Positions 27,281-36,684 of a stretch of DNA of 64,000 nucleotides are shown piece by piece. This DNA comes from Rhodospirillaceae bacterium (GTDB lineage Bacteria; Pseudomonadota; Alphaproteobacteria; SHVZ01). The notes beneath the pieces were generated by a model that was not told the origin of the DNA, ran no database searches, and worked only from the letters and a program-made list of their open reading frames with translations. The stretch spans positions 47,097 to 111,096 of the forward strand of contig JAEULB010000159.1 in the NCBI GenBank assembly GCA_016792585.1, given 5' to 3'. How positions within the stretch are numbered: position 1 is the stretch's first letter; each line of letters begins with the position of its first letter. Both the position numbers and the translations under genes were made by a program.

Positions 27281-28966
27281 ATGCGCTCTAGCGCCACGCA
27301 CCACCGGACGCTGACAGCGATCGTCGTCGCCGCCGTCGTGGCCGTGTCGGCGATCTGGGCGGCGGCGATCTCGCTGGCGATCCAGGACCGGCGCGACGTG
27401 TTCCGCGATGCGGAGACCGAGCTGATCGGCACGCAGAACGCGATCTCGGCGCATGTCGAGCGCACTTTCGAGAACGGCCGCTTTCTCCTGACGGCGGTCG
27501 ACCTCTGGCTCGGCGATGCGGACAACCAGCGCCCGCTCGACCAGCTGGCCTCGTGGATCACGACGCTCGAAAGCGCACAGGAGACCCCGCTCACGGTCCA
27601 CCTGTTCGACCAGGCCGGCGACATCGTCCGCTACGGCGATCCGAGAGTCGATGCCGTCAACATCCGCGACCGCGACTACTTTCAGGAGCTGCAACGCCGG
27701 TTCCCGCGATATCACTACGTCGGCGCGGGGATCGTCGGCCGCGACACCGGCCGCAGAGTCATCCCGCTCGCGACCAAGATCCCGGTCAATCGCTTCGGCA
27801 TCGCCTATGCCGTCGCCTCGATCCCGACCCAGGTGCTGGTCGAGGCCTTCGAGGGCCTGCTGGTGACCGCTCCCGGCGTCGTCGGCATCATCCGCGAGGA
27901 CGGTACCTTCCTGCTGAGGACGCCGGACGAGAAAGCCCTGACCGGCACCCAGATCGACCTGAGCAGCGTGCTGAGCCTGACGCCGGAGTCCCCGCGCGCC
28001 GGCTTCTTCATTCACCGCCTGGGCAGCGGCGCCGAGGCCATGACCGCCTACTCGCGCCTGAACTCGCTGCCCCTCTACGTCTTCGGCACCTTCCAGATAT
28101 CCGACCTACTCGCCAAGGTTCAGGATCGGTCACGTCCGAAAATCCTGACCGCGGCCGCCTCGACCGTTCTCGTCGTGCTCGCCGCCGCCCTTCTCGGATT
28201 CCTGATCGTGCAGCGCGAGAGGGAGGCCAGGCGCGTCGCCGATGCGCTGGTCGCCGCCGACGAGGCGAGTGCGGCGAAGACCCAGTTCCTCGCCAATGTC
28301 AGCCACGAGCTCCGCACGCCGCTCAACGCCGTCATCGGCTTCTCGGAGACGCTGGCGGGGCAGTTCTTCGGGCCGTTGTCGGATCGCTATCGCGGATATG
28401 CCGAGGACATCCTGTCGTCCGGGCGACACCTGCTCAGCATCGTCGACCAGCTGCTCGACATGGCCTCGATCGAGGCCCGGCGCGAGCATCTGAGACCCGA
28501 GCCGGTCGCGATCGACGAGATCGCCGATGCGGTCGCCCATATGATGCGGCCGATGGCCGACCAGCGCGGCATCCGCGTGGCCGTCCGCCACCCGGGCGAA
28601 CCGATCACGATCGAGAGCGACAGCCGTTGCGTCCGCCAGATCCTGATCAACCTGATGAGCAACGCCATCCGCTTCTGCCGCGCCGGCGGCGAGGTCGCGC
28701 TGTCCTGGAACCGCGACGGCGGCCACGTGAACGTGGCGATCGAGGACCAAGGCCCCGGCATCGCCGAGGAAGACCTGCCGCGGATCTTCGATCTCTTCTG
28801 GCAGAGCGAGGACGCCTATGCGCGACGCCACGGCGGCATCGGCCTCGGCCTGCCGCTGACCAAGACGCTGACGACGGCGCTCGGCGGCACCATCGCGGTC
28901 ACCAGCGAGGTCGGCGTCGGGAGCCGCTTCGTCGTGCGGCTTCCCGACACGCTGACTGCCGCCTAG
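27281..28966 (+). CDS. sensor histidine kinase (periplasmic Cache-like sensor, HisKA + HATPase_c)
   Basis: 561 aa with two TM segments flanking a sensor region of about 250 aa. H-box FLANVSHELRTPLN. N/G boxes LINLMSNAIRF, DQGPGI and GGIGLGL. Confidence 0.8.
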   Translation: MRSSATHHRTLTAIVVAAVVAVSAIWAAAISLAIQDRRDVFRDAETELIGTQNAISAHVERTFENGRFLLTAVDLWLGDADNQRPLDQLASWITTLESAQETPLTVHLFDQAGDIVRYGDPRVDAVNIRDRDYFQELQRRFPRYHYVGAGIVGRDTGRRVIPLATKIPVNRFGIAYAVASIPTQVLVEAFEGLLVTAPGVVGIIREDGTFLLRTPDEKALTGTQIDLSSVLSLTPESPRAGFFIHRLGSGAEAMTAYSRLNSLPLYVFGTFQISDLLAKVQDRSRPKILTAAASTVLVVLAAALLGFLIVQREREARRVADALVAADEASAAKTQFLANVSHELRTPLNAVIGFSETLAGQFFGPLSDRYRGYAEDILSSGRHLLSIVDQLLDMASIEARREHLRPEPVAIDEIADAVAHMMRPMADQRGIRVAVRHPGEPITIESDSRCVRQILINLMSNAIRFCRAGGEVALSWNRDGGHVNVAIEDQGPGIAEEDLPRIFDLFWQSEDAYARRHGGIGLGLPLTKTLTTALGGTIAVTSEVGVGSRFVVRLPDTLTAA

Positions 28967-30372
28967 GCCGCCATCGTCTTCAGCAGCGCCAGCGCTTCCT
29001 TCTCCAGGGTCTCGGCCGCGGTCGGCGCATAGGGCGTCGCCCATTCGGTCTCGTAGCCGCCTTCGGCATAGGCGTCGGCGACCGGCACGTAGCCCTGCCA
29101 GCCGTTCGAGTATCCGGCGAGCTGGACCACCGGCAGCGGCGCGGCATCGCGGACGCGCGCGCCGATCCGCGAGAACGGCTCCAGCGGCGCCCCGATCAGA
29201 CCGACATTGCCCAGGCGGATTCCATGCAGGTCGACGCTCATATGGGTCTGGCCCTGGGTGATCCTCGCCCAATGCGCGTTCATCGCCGCCCGTTTGTAGC
29301 GGGCATTGGTGTCGGAGATCTCCTGCGGGCTGGCCTTGGTCTTGTCGATCGCGACCATCGCCTGGGCGAGACGCTCCTGCTCTGCCGTCGCGTCCGCGGC
29401 AGAGCCGTAGTTGCGCACCGGCAGCTTCGCCTTCCGGGTCGTCACCACCAGCTTGGTCTCGGCCTCGGGCCCGGTGTCCTCGGCCCAGAGGCCGAGGGGC
29501 GCGCCCGACTCCACAACCTTGTCGAAGCGCCTGACGATCGGGCGCGTGCGGAGCGCCATCAGGACCCGCGACGCCTCGGCGCCGAGCCTGGTCCCGATCC
29601 GCCGCGGGATCCGCACGTCGCCGGTCAGGCCTTGCTCCGGCATCTGGTCGCCGGCGCAACCCTGCAGGAACAGGCAGGGCGCACCGGTCAGCTGCTCGAC
29701 CACGCGCTTCACCGTTCCCGGATAGTCCGGGCTGATCAGCCGGTTCTGATGCGCCAGCGTGATCGGATGCGTGCCGAAGCCGACGATGGAGGCGATCGGC
29801 TTCTCGTCCAGGTCGTCGATGCGGACCGCCGTGACGGTCTGGTCGACATACCCGTCGCGGTTCTCGGCGACCAGCACCGCGCCCGACGGCCCCTTGAAGC
29901 GCCGGTTCACGGTGATGTCGCTCTTGCCGTAGCCGCCGATCACGCGCGCCTGCTTCGGCGCCATCATCGCCTGGCGCACGGCGCCGACGAGCTGCGCGCG
30001 CACATAGTCCTGATATGCCGGCACCAGCTCGGCGCCCGGAAGCTTGCTGTTGCCGCCGAAGCCGCCGGAGACCGACCAGGGCGGACCGGCATGGGTGTGC
30101 GTGTAGGCAAGACGTACGGCCTCCGCCGGCACGCCGGCGACGTCGCCGATCATCTTCCGAAGCTCGTCCGACTCGTCCATGCCGAAGGAGCCGAAGTCGA
30201 CATCCATCAGGACGGCCTTGGTGTTGCCGTCCTCGATGATCATCGCCGTCGCCCAGAGCTCCATGTCGATGCCCTCGGCACGGTCGTGCACGCGGGCACC
30301 CCAGTTGGTGTGCGCGATGCCGACGGGCGGCGTGATGTCGGTGCGGCCGACGCCGACACGAAGCTTGGACAT
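28963..30372 (-). CDS. neutral/alkaline ceramidase N-terminal-domain-like hydrolase (function unknown)
   Basis: 469 aa. MSKLRVGVGRTDITPPVG...YTHTHAGPP resembles the Ceramidase_alk N-terminal pattern. No signal peptide. Confidence 0.5.
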   Translation of the reverse strand: MSKLRVGVGRTDITPPVGIAHTNWGARVHDRAEGIDMELWATAMIIEDGNTKAVLMDVDFGSFGMDESDELRKMIGDVAGVPAEAVRLAYTHTHAGPPWSVSGGFGGNSKLPGAELVPAYQDYVRAQLVGAVRQAMMAPKQARVIGGYGKSDITVNRRFKGPSGAVLVAENRDGYVDQTVTAVRIDDLDEKPIASIVGFGTHPITLAHQNRLISPDYPGTVKRVVEQLTGAPCLFLQGCAGDQMPEQGLTGDVRIPRRIGTRLGAEASRVLMALRTRPIVRRFDKVVESGAPLGLWAEDTGPEAETKLVVTTRKAKLPVRNYGSAADATAEQERLAQAMVAIDKTKASPQEISDTNARYKRAAMNAHWARITQGQTHMSVDLHGIRLGNVGLIGAPLEPFSRIGARVRDAAPLPVVQLAGYSNGWQGYVPVADAYAEGGYETEWATPYAPTAAETLEKEALALLKTMAA

Positions 30373-30393
30373 GGGTCAGGTCTCCTTGATTAC

Positions 30394-30786
30394 TCAGGCA
30401 GCGCGCGCGGCGACCGCCTCGATCTCCACTAGGAACTCGGGCCGGGCGAGCCCGGCGACGATCACGAAGGTAGAGGCCGGAAAGTCCGGCCCCGGAAGAT
30501 GCTTCAGCCGCGCCGTGCGCACGGCCGGGATCAGGTCGCGGTCGACGACAAAGGTCGTCACCTTGACCAGGTCGGCCTCGGTCATGCCGCCTGATGCCAG
30601 CACGCGGAAGACGTTGGACCAGGCGTGATCGGCCTGCGCTTCCGCGCCCTCGGCCAGCGTGCCGTCCGGCGCAATGCCGAGCTGGCCGGACACGAAGATC
30701 CAGCGCAACCCCTTCTCGACCGCGATCCCGTGACTGTAGGCGCCGAGCGGCGGCGCCATTGTCGGCGGGTTGAGGCGTTCGTGCAT
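30394..30786 (-). CDS. RidA family protein (YjgF/enamine-imine deaminase family)
   Basis: 130 aa from MHERLNPP. Motifs APPLGAYSHG...FVSGQLG...FLVEIEAVA. Confidence 0.85.
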   Translation of the reverse strand: MHERLNPPTMAPPLGAYSHGIAVEKGLRWIFVSGQLGIAPDGTLAEGAEAQADHAWSNVFRVLASGGMTEADLVKVTTFVVDRDLIPAVRTARLKHLPGPDFPASTFVIVAGLARPEFLVEIEAVAARAA

Positions 30787-30793
30787 CGACGCT

Positions 30794-31771
30794 TCAGCTC
30801 TTGGGACGGACACCCATCGCCAACAGTCGGTCCCTCATCCGGTCGGTCGCGGCTGTGATCGCCGCGGCGATCGTCGGCTCGACGCTCTTGTGGCCGGCCT
30901 CCAGAACCCAGGTGAACTCCGCCTCGGGCCATGCCTTGTGCAGCTTCCAGGCGACGTAAGGGCGCGTGGTCTGGTCGTAGCGGCCCTGGATGATCGCGCC
31001 CGGGATGTGGCGGATCTTGGAGACGCCGTCGATCAGCTGGTTGGGCTTCAGGTAGAACTTGTTGACGCAGTAGTCGGTCCAGAATCGCGCCAGCGGAATG
31101 CAGGCCTCCGGCGCGAGGCCGCCCGGCAGCGCCGTCGGATCCTCGCGGAACGGGATGGTGAAGCAGCTGTATGTGGCGAGCGCGCGCGCCGCCGGCAGAT
31201 GCACCTTGGGATCCGGGTCGAGCGCCCGCTTGTGATAGGCCTTCAGGAGGTCGCCGCGCTCGGCTTCGGGAATGAAGCTGGCGAGCTCCCACCAGCGTTC
31301 CGGGAAGATGTTCTTCTGACCGTTCCACCACCAGTCGACCTCGTCGTCGCCGCCGGTGAAGATGCCGCGGATGACGATGCCGTGGCAGCGCTCGGGGTGG
31401 TTCTGGGCGTAGTGCAGCGACATGAAGCTCGACCACGAGCCGCCGGTCACCAGCCACTTCTCGACGCCCATCTCCTTCCGCACCTTCTCATAGTCGGCGA
31501 GGATGTGGGCCGTGGTGTTGTTGGCGAGCTCGCCGTTCGACGACGACTTTCCGGTCCCGCGCTGGTCGAAGACGATGATGTCGAAGAAGTCCGGATCGTA
31601 GTTGCGGCGATTGTCCGGCACCGTCCGCCCGCCCGGCCCGCCATGCGTGAAGATCACCGGCACGCCCTTCGGGTTGCCCGACCGCTCCCAGTAGAGCTCG
31701 TGAAGATTGTCGACCTTGAGCTTGCCGGTCGTATGCGGCTCGATCGACGGGTAGAGAGCGGGCGAGGCCAT
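30794..31771 (-). CDS. pip: prolyl aminopeptidase (proline iminopeptidase, S33)
   Basis: 325 aa from MASPALYPSIEP. Motifs HGGPGG, DQRGTGKS and the GGSWSS nucleophile elbow. Confidence 0.85.
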   Translation of the reverse strand: MASPALYPSIEPHTTGKLKVDNLHELYWERSGNPKGVPVIFTHGGPGGRTVPDNRRNYDPDFFDIIVFDQRGTGKSSSNGELANNTTAHILADYEKVRKEMGVEKWLVTGGSWSSFMSLHYAQNHPERCHGIVIRGIFTGGDDEVDWWWNGQKNIFPERWWELASFIPEAERGDLLKAYHKRALDPDPKVHLPAARALATYSCFTIPFREDPTALPGGLAPEACIPLARFWTDYCVNKFYLKPNQLIDGVSKIRHIPGAIIQGRYDQTTRPYVAWKLHKAWPEAEFTWVLEAGHKSVEPTIAAAITAATDRMRDRLLAMGVRPKS

Positions 31772-31849
31772 CGATGAAGTCTCCGTGACGTGAGACCGGC
31801 GGCGCACCTGGGCGCGCCGCCGGTCGGACTTGACGCTATGCCGAGGAGA

Positions 31850-33448
31850 TCAGTCCTTGGCGATGTTGAACAGCACCAGCTTCGAGGTGGGAAGCACGCC
31901 GGAGACGTTCTTCCGCCAGGCGTAGGGCTGGTCGTACTGGCCGGTCATGACGTAGGGCACGACCTCCCAGAGGCGACGGTGCAGCTTGTCGAGGACCGCC
32001 ATGCGCTCTTCCTTGGTCTGGGCGGCGATGAAGGCATTGCGCAGCTTCTCGGTCTCCTCGTCGGCGGCCCAGCCGGCCCAGCTCGAATCCGTCGACATGT
32101 TGGTGCCGAGGTTGGTCAGCGGGTTATGCCAGGTCGACCACGAGCCCGAGGCCGACCACAGATGCCAGCCGCCGCTCTCGCCGGGCTTGTTCTTGTTGCC
32201 GCCGAACCGGGTCACCATCGTGCCCCAGTCCATCATCTCGAGCTCGACGTTGACACCGGTCTTGCGCAGGCCGTCGACGAGGACCTCGGTGATCGCGCCG
32301 ATGTGGGCGATCTCCTTGGTGCCGATCACGTAGATCTTCTCGCCCTTGTAGCCGGCCTCGGCGAGAAGCTGCTTCGCCTTCTCGCGGTTGACCTTGCGGT
32401 AGGGCTCGGAGCCGACCTCGGTGCCATAGGCCGACTTGCAGACGAAGAAGCTGTAGCACTCGTTCCACCACTTCTTGTCGCCGAAGCCGGCGGCAAGGAA
32501 GTCCTCCTGCGAGGCGATCAAGGCGAGGGCCTGACGGGCCTTGATGTTGTTGAACGGCGGGTGCAGGCCGTTCGGGCGGAAGAAGCCGAAGCCGCCGACC
32601 GGATGCACCTTCTGGACGACGATGTCCTTGTCCTTCTCGAGCAAGGGCAGGATGTCGCCGGCCGGCATGTCGATCATGTCGACTTCGCTCTTGAGGAGCG
32701 CGGCGGCGGCGGTGTTGGCGTCGGGAATCACCTTGAACACGAGGCGATCGACCTTCGCCTGCTTGCCGCCGGCCATCGCATTCGGCGGCTCGGAGCGCGG
32801 CACGTAGTCCGGGTTCTTGACGTAGACGACCTCGGAGCCCGGCTTCCACTCGGAGGCGACGAACTTGAACGGACCGGAGCCGATCTGCGCATCGTTGGGG
32901 ACGGCGGTGAACGGATCGACCATCGCCTCCTTCTCGCGCATCATCGCCGGGAAGTTGCCTGCGTGGTTGCCGAGCGAGTACTCGACCCAGGCATAGGGCT
33001 GCTTCATCTTGATGACGAAGGTGTTGGCATCGGTCGCGGTGATGCCGGCGACGCTCTCGCCCATCTTGCGGCCGATCGGGTCGCGCTTCATCCAGCGGTT
33101 GATCGAGGCGATGATGTCCTTGGTCGTGACCGCGGTGCCGTCATGCCACTTGAGGCCGGGCCTGAGCGTCATCGTGTAGGTCAGCTTGTCCGCCGAGACC
33201 GCGGAGTTGCTCACCATCTGCGGCATCGGCTGCAGATCGACGTCCCAGGCGAAGAGCTGATCGTAGATGTTGGTCGCATGCATCGTCGTGATCGTCGCCG
33301 CCGCCTGCAGCGGGTCGAGCACGCGAAGATCGGCATGCGGGATGATGGTCAGCGTCTTCTGCGCCGACGCCGGTTGCGCATGGAGCCCGAGGCCCAAGGC
33401 CAAGGACATCGCCGTCAGGGCGCCCAAGCGCCCGGTGTAGGATTTCAT
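31850..33448 (-). CDS. ABC transporter substrate-binding protein, family 5 (no adjacent permease)
   Basis: 532 aa from MKSYTGRLGALTAMSLALGLGLHAQPASAQ with a GGAGG RBS. Paralog of the next gene. Confidence 0.85.
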   Translation of the reverse strand: MKSYTGRLGALTAMSLALGLGLHAQPASAQKTLTIIPHADLRVLDPLQAAATITTMHATNIYDQLFAWDVDLQPMPQMVSNSAVSADKLTYTMTLRPGLKWHDGTAVTTKDIIASINRWMKRDPIGRKMGESVAGITATDANTFVIKMKQPYAWVEYSLGNHAGNFPAMMREKEAMVDPFTAVPNDAQIGSGPFKFVASEWKPGSEVVYVKNPDYVPRSEPPNAMAGGKQAKVDRLVFKVIPDANTAAAALLKSEVDMIDMPAGDILPLLEKDKDIVVQKVHPVGGFGFFRPNGLHPPFNNIKARQALALIASQEDFLAAGFGDKKWWNECYSFFVCKSAYGTEVGSEPYRKVNREKAKQLLAEAGYKGEKIYVIGTKEIAHIGAITEVLVDGLRKTGVNVELEMMDWGTMVTRFGGNKNKPGESGGWHLWSASGSWSTWHNPLTNLGTNMSTDSSWAGWAADEETEKLRNAFIAAQTKEERMAVLDKLHRRLWEVVPYVMTGQYDQPYAWRKNVSGVLPTSKLVLFNIAKD

Positions 33449-33576
33449 CTCTTCGCCTCCCGTTTTGATCCGCCCCGAAGTCTCTCGGATCGGAAACCGA
33501 TCCGGACGATGCAACTGTCCGACCGGCGTCATTCCCTGTCAATTGCGGGCAAGGACGGCCGAAACCGGACTTCTCC

Positions 33577-33618
33577 AAAAGAAAAGGCCGGCGGGACACG
33601 GATGCGCGCCGCCGGCCC
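33577..33618 (-). terminator. rho-independent terminator (minus strand)
   Basis: On the minus strand GGCCGGCGG-N14-CCGCCGGCC is followed by TTTTCTTTT, 19 nt after the stop of SBP 33637-35226. Confidence 0.55.
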
Positions 33619-33636
33619 TTTATCCACGTCAGGCGC

Positions 33637-35226
33637 CTATTCCTTGCTGATGTTCCAGAGCACCAGCTTGGAGGTGGGCAGCACGCCCTTGATGTTGTTG
33701 CGCCAGGCATACTGCTGGTCGAACTGGCCGGTGACGACGTAGGGCATGACCTCGTACATGCGGCGCTGCAGCTTCTCGAGCAGCTCCATGCGGGTCTTCT
33801 GGTCGGTCGCCTCGATGAAGGCGACGCGGAGCTTCTCGCCCTCGTCGTCGGTCGGCCAGCCGGCCCAGCTGCCCTCGGCGTTCAGCACCACGCCGATGTT
33901 GGTCAGCGGGTTGTGCCAGGTCGACCACGAGTTGGTCGTCGTGAAGATGTTCCAATGGCCCGGCTGCCCGACCGGTGCCTTGTTGGTGAGGAAGCGGGTC
34001 AGCGTCGTGCCCCAGTCGGCCCATTCGACCTCGGCCTTGACGCCGATCGCGTTGAGCGCGGCAGCCAGAACCTCGGCCTGCGCGCCGATCGCGGCGATCT
34101 CGCGGGTCGAGGTGATGACGATGCGCTCGCCCTTGTATCCCGCTTCCTCGAACAGCTTCTTCGCGCGCGCCGGATCGGGCTTGCGGAAGCCCTCGGAGCC
34201 GGCCTCGGAGCCGTAGACCGACTTGCAGACGAAGAACGAGAAGCACTCGTTCCAGTTCTTGGTGCCGACCGCGGTGATCATGTAGTCGGACTGCGGGGCG
34301 ACGAGGGCCAGCGCCTGGCGGGCCTTCGCGTTGTTGAACGGCGGGTGGAGAGCGTTGGCCCGGATGGCGCCGAAGCCGCCGACCGGGGCCAGCTTCGACA
34401 CGGTCACCTGGTTCGACTTCTCGAGCTGCGGCAGCACGTCGGCGGCCGGGCTGTCGATGAAGTCGACCTCGCCCTTCAGCAGCGCCGAGGCGGCGGTCTG
34501 CGGATCGGGGATGATCTTGAAGATCAGCCGGTCGACCTTAGCCTGGCGGCCGCCGGCCATGCCGTCCGGGGCCTCCGCGCGCGGCACGTAGTCGGCGTTC
34601 TTGACGTAGACCACCTCGTCGCCCGGCTTCCACTGGTCCCTGGCGAACTTGTAGGGGCCTGAGCCGATCTGCGCGTCGGCGCCGACCGCGGTCATCGGGT
34701 CGATAAGCGCTTCCTTCTCGCGCATGATCGCCGGGTAGTTGCCGGCATGGTTGCCGAGCGAGTACTCGACCCACGAGTAGGGCTGCTTCAGCTTGAAGAC
34801 GAAGGTCTTGTCGTCGACGATGTCGATCGAGGCGAGAACGCCCGCCAGGCGCCGGCCGACGCCGTCGCGGACCATCCAGCGCTTGACCGAGGCGACCGCG
34901 TCCTTCGAGGTCACCGTTGAGCCGTCATGGAACTTGAGGCCCGGACGCAGCGTCATCGTATAGGTGAGCTTGTCGTCCGAGACCTTGTAGTCGCTGATCA
35001 TCTGCGGCTTGGACTGCAGATTCACGTCCCAGGCGAACAGCTGGTCGTAGATGTTCGACGCATGCATCGTCGTGATCGTCGCCGCCGCCTGCAGCGGATC
35101 GAGGATGCGGAGATCGGCATGCGGAACCACATAGACAGTCTTCTGCGCCTCGGCCGGCGCCGCCGTCAGGGCGAGAGCCGCCAGGGGCAGGGCCAAGAAC
35201 GCCAGCCTTTTGCGATAAAGGGTCAT
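33637..35226 (-). CDS. ABC transporter substrate-binding protein, family 5 (tandem paralog)
   Basis: 529 aa from MTLYRKRLAFLALPLAALALTAAPAEAQ with a GGAGGTGGTG RBS. Long collinear identity with 31850-33448 (for example VPHADLRILDPLQAAATITTMHA). Confidence 0.85.
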   Translation of the reverse strand: MTLYRKRLAFLALPLAALALTAAPAEAQKTVYVVPHADLRILDPLQAAATITTMHASNIYDQLFAWDVNLQSKPQMISDYKVSDDKLTYTMTLRPGLKFHDGSTVTSKDAVASVKRWMVRDGVGRRLAGVLASIDIVDDKTFVFKLKQPYSWVEYSLGNHAGNYPAIMREKEALIDPMTAVGADAQIGSGPYKFARDQWKPGDEVVYVKNADYVPRAEAPDGMAGGRQAKVDRLIFKIIPDPQTAASALLKGEVDFIDSPAADVLPQLEKSNQVTVSKLAPVGGFGAIRANALHPPFNNAKARQALALVAPQSDYMITAVGTKNWNECFSFFVCKSVYGSEAGSEGFRKPDPARAKKLFEEAGYKGERIVITSTREIAAIGAQAEVLAAALNAIGVKAEVEWADWGTTLTRFLTNKAPVGQPGHWNIFTTTNSWSTWHNPLTNIGVVLNAEGSWAGWPTDDEGEKLRVAFIEATDQKTRMELLEKLQRRMYEVMPYVVTGQFDQQYAWRNNIKGVLPTSKLVLWNISKE

Positions 35227-35336
35227 CACCACCTCCAATTGAAATTCCTTGATCCCCGCTCGGCGGGGCGAAACGACTGGCCATGACTGTCGAGCGGGCG
35301 CTTTGGGCTGTCAATCGCGCCGCCGGGTTGGCGAAA

Positions 35337-36536
35337 TCACGATTGCCTGTAGCGCCCGACGATCTCGTCATTCAGTGAGACTCCGAAGCCCGGCTGGTCC
35401 GAAAGCGCGATCTCGCCGTTCTCGACGGTCGGCTCGCCGTGGAAGAGCTCGGAGAAGAAGGTGTCGCCGTCGCGCTCCGGATGCGGGAAGAATTCGGCGA
35501 GCGGCATGTTGGCGCTCGCCATCACCAGATGAAGGTTGTGGTAGTTGTGCGCGTGCGGCACGACCGGAAGGTTGAAGGCCTGCGCCAGCGCCACGATCTT
35601 GCGAGCCTCCGTCAGCCCGCCGACCCGGTTGACGTCGAGCTGCACGTAGTCGACGGCGCGCCGCTCGATCAGCTCGCGGAAGCCCCAGCGGGTGAACTCG
35701 TGCTCTCCGCCGGCGATGGCGACGCCCCCTTCCCGCTTGATCCGCGCATAGCCCTCGATGTCGTCGGGAATCACCGGCTCCTCCACCCAGGCGAGGTGAT
35801 AGGGCTCGAGCATCCTCAGCATCTCGATCGCGTATTGCGCGGTCCAGCCCATGTAGGCGTCGGCCATCAGGTCGATGTCATCGCCGATCGCCTCGCGCAC
35901 GACCTTCACCAGATCAAGGTTCTTCTTCATGCCGGGCCTTCCGTCGCCGGGGCCATAGCCGAAGCGCATCTTCATCGCGGTGTAGCCGTCCCTGGCATAT
36001 CCGGCGGCGATCTCGGCCAGGCGCTCGGGCTTCTTCATCGCGTAGAGCGAGCTCGCGTAGGCCCGGAGCTTGCCCCGCGTCCTGCCGCCGAGCAGGTTGT
36101 AGACCGGCTGCCTGGTCGCCTTCCCCATGATGTCCCAGAGCGCGATGTCGATGCCGCTGATCGCCTCCAGGACCAAGCCCTTGCGACCGATGTTGATGGT
36201 CGAGCGGTACATCTTTTCCCACAGAAGCTCGACGTCGAACGGCGAGCCGCCGATCACGAGCGGGCCTAGGATGTTCTCGACCACCTGCGCCATCGCCTCG
36301 GACCCAAGCGCGATGCCGCCCAAGCCCTCGATGCCGTCGTCGGTGGTGACCTTGACGATCACCACCGTCACCTTGTCCTTCCGCATCTCGATCGGCGCAT
36401 TGTAGAGGCCGACTGCCATCTCGCGCATCTCGCGGCCGAGATCGAACAGGACGTCGGTCGGCGTCGTGCTCCACCAGATCGGCGGCGACCACTCGGGTTC
36501 GCGGATGCGGATGGCGTCGACCTTGGCGATGCGCAT
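35337..36536 (-). CDS. mandelate racemase / muconate lactonizing enzyme family protein (enolase superfamily)
   Basis: 399 aa from MRIAKVDAIRI. Contains KMRFGYG, DAYMGW, WVEEP and AGGEHE metal/acid-base motifs. Confidence 0.8.
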   Translation of the reverse strand: MRIAKVDAIRIREPEWSPPIWWSTTPTDVLFDLGREMREMAVGLYNAPIEMRKDKVTVVIVKVTTDDGIEGLGGIALGSEAMAQVVENILGPLVIGGSPFDVELLWEKMYRSTINIGRKGLVLEAISGIDIALWDIMGKATRQPVYNLLGGRTRGKLRAYASSLYAMKKPERLAEIAAGYARDGYTAMKMRFGYGPGDGRPGMKKNLDLVKVVREAIGDDIDLMADAYMGWTAQYAIEMLRMLEPYHLAWVEEPVIPDDIEGYARIKREGGVAIAGGEHEFTRWGFRELIERRAVDYVQLDVNRVGGLTEARKIVALAQAFNLPVVPHAHNYHNLHLVMASANMPLAEFFPHPERDGDTFFSELFHGEPTVENGEIALSDQPGFGVSLNDEIVGRYRQS

Positions 36537-36684
36537 TGAGGACTCCAGTCTGAAGGCGCCGCAGGTCACTCGGCCGGGTTGCGGGTGTCAAGCCGACCCG
36601 CTGTTTCACGGACCCGAATGCAACCTTGCCCCTTGCGCATCCTCGCCTCTAGGCTCGCCGCACCTTTCCTGGAGATCCGTCCCG

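Noticed and set aside
27553-30432. 959-aa plus-strand ORF spanning the kinase and the ceramidase-like gene
   Set aside because: It is in a different frame from the well-supported histidine kinase and antisense to 28963-30372. The composition is Arg/Pro-rich with no domain motifs.
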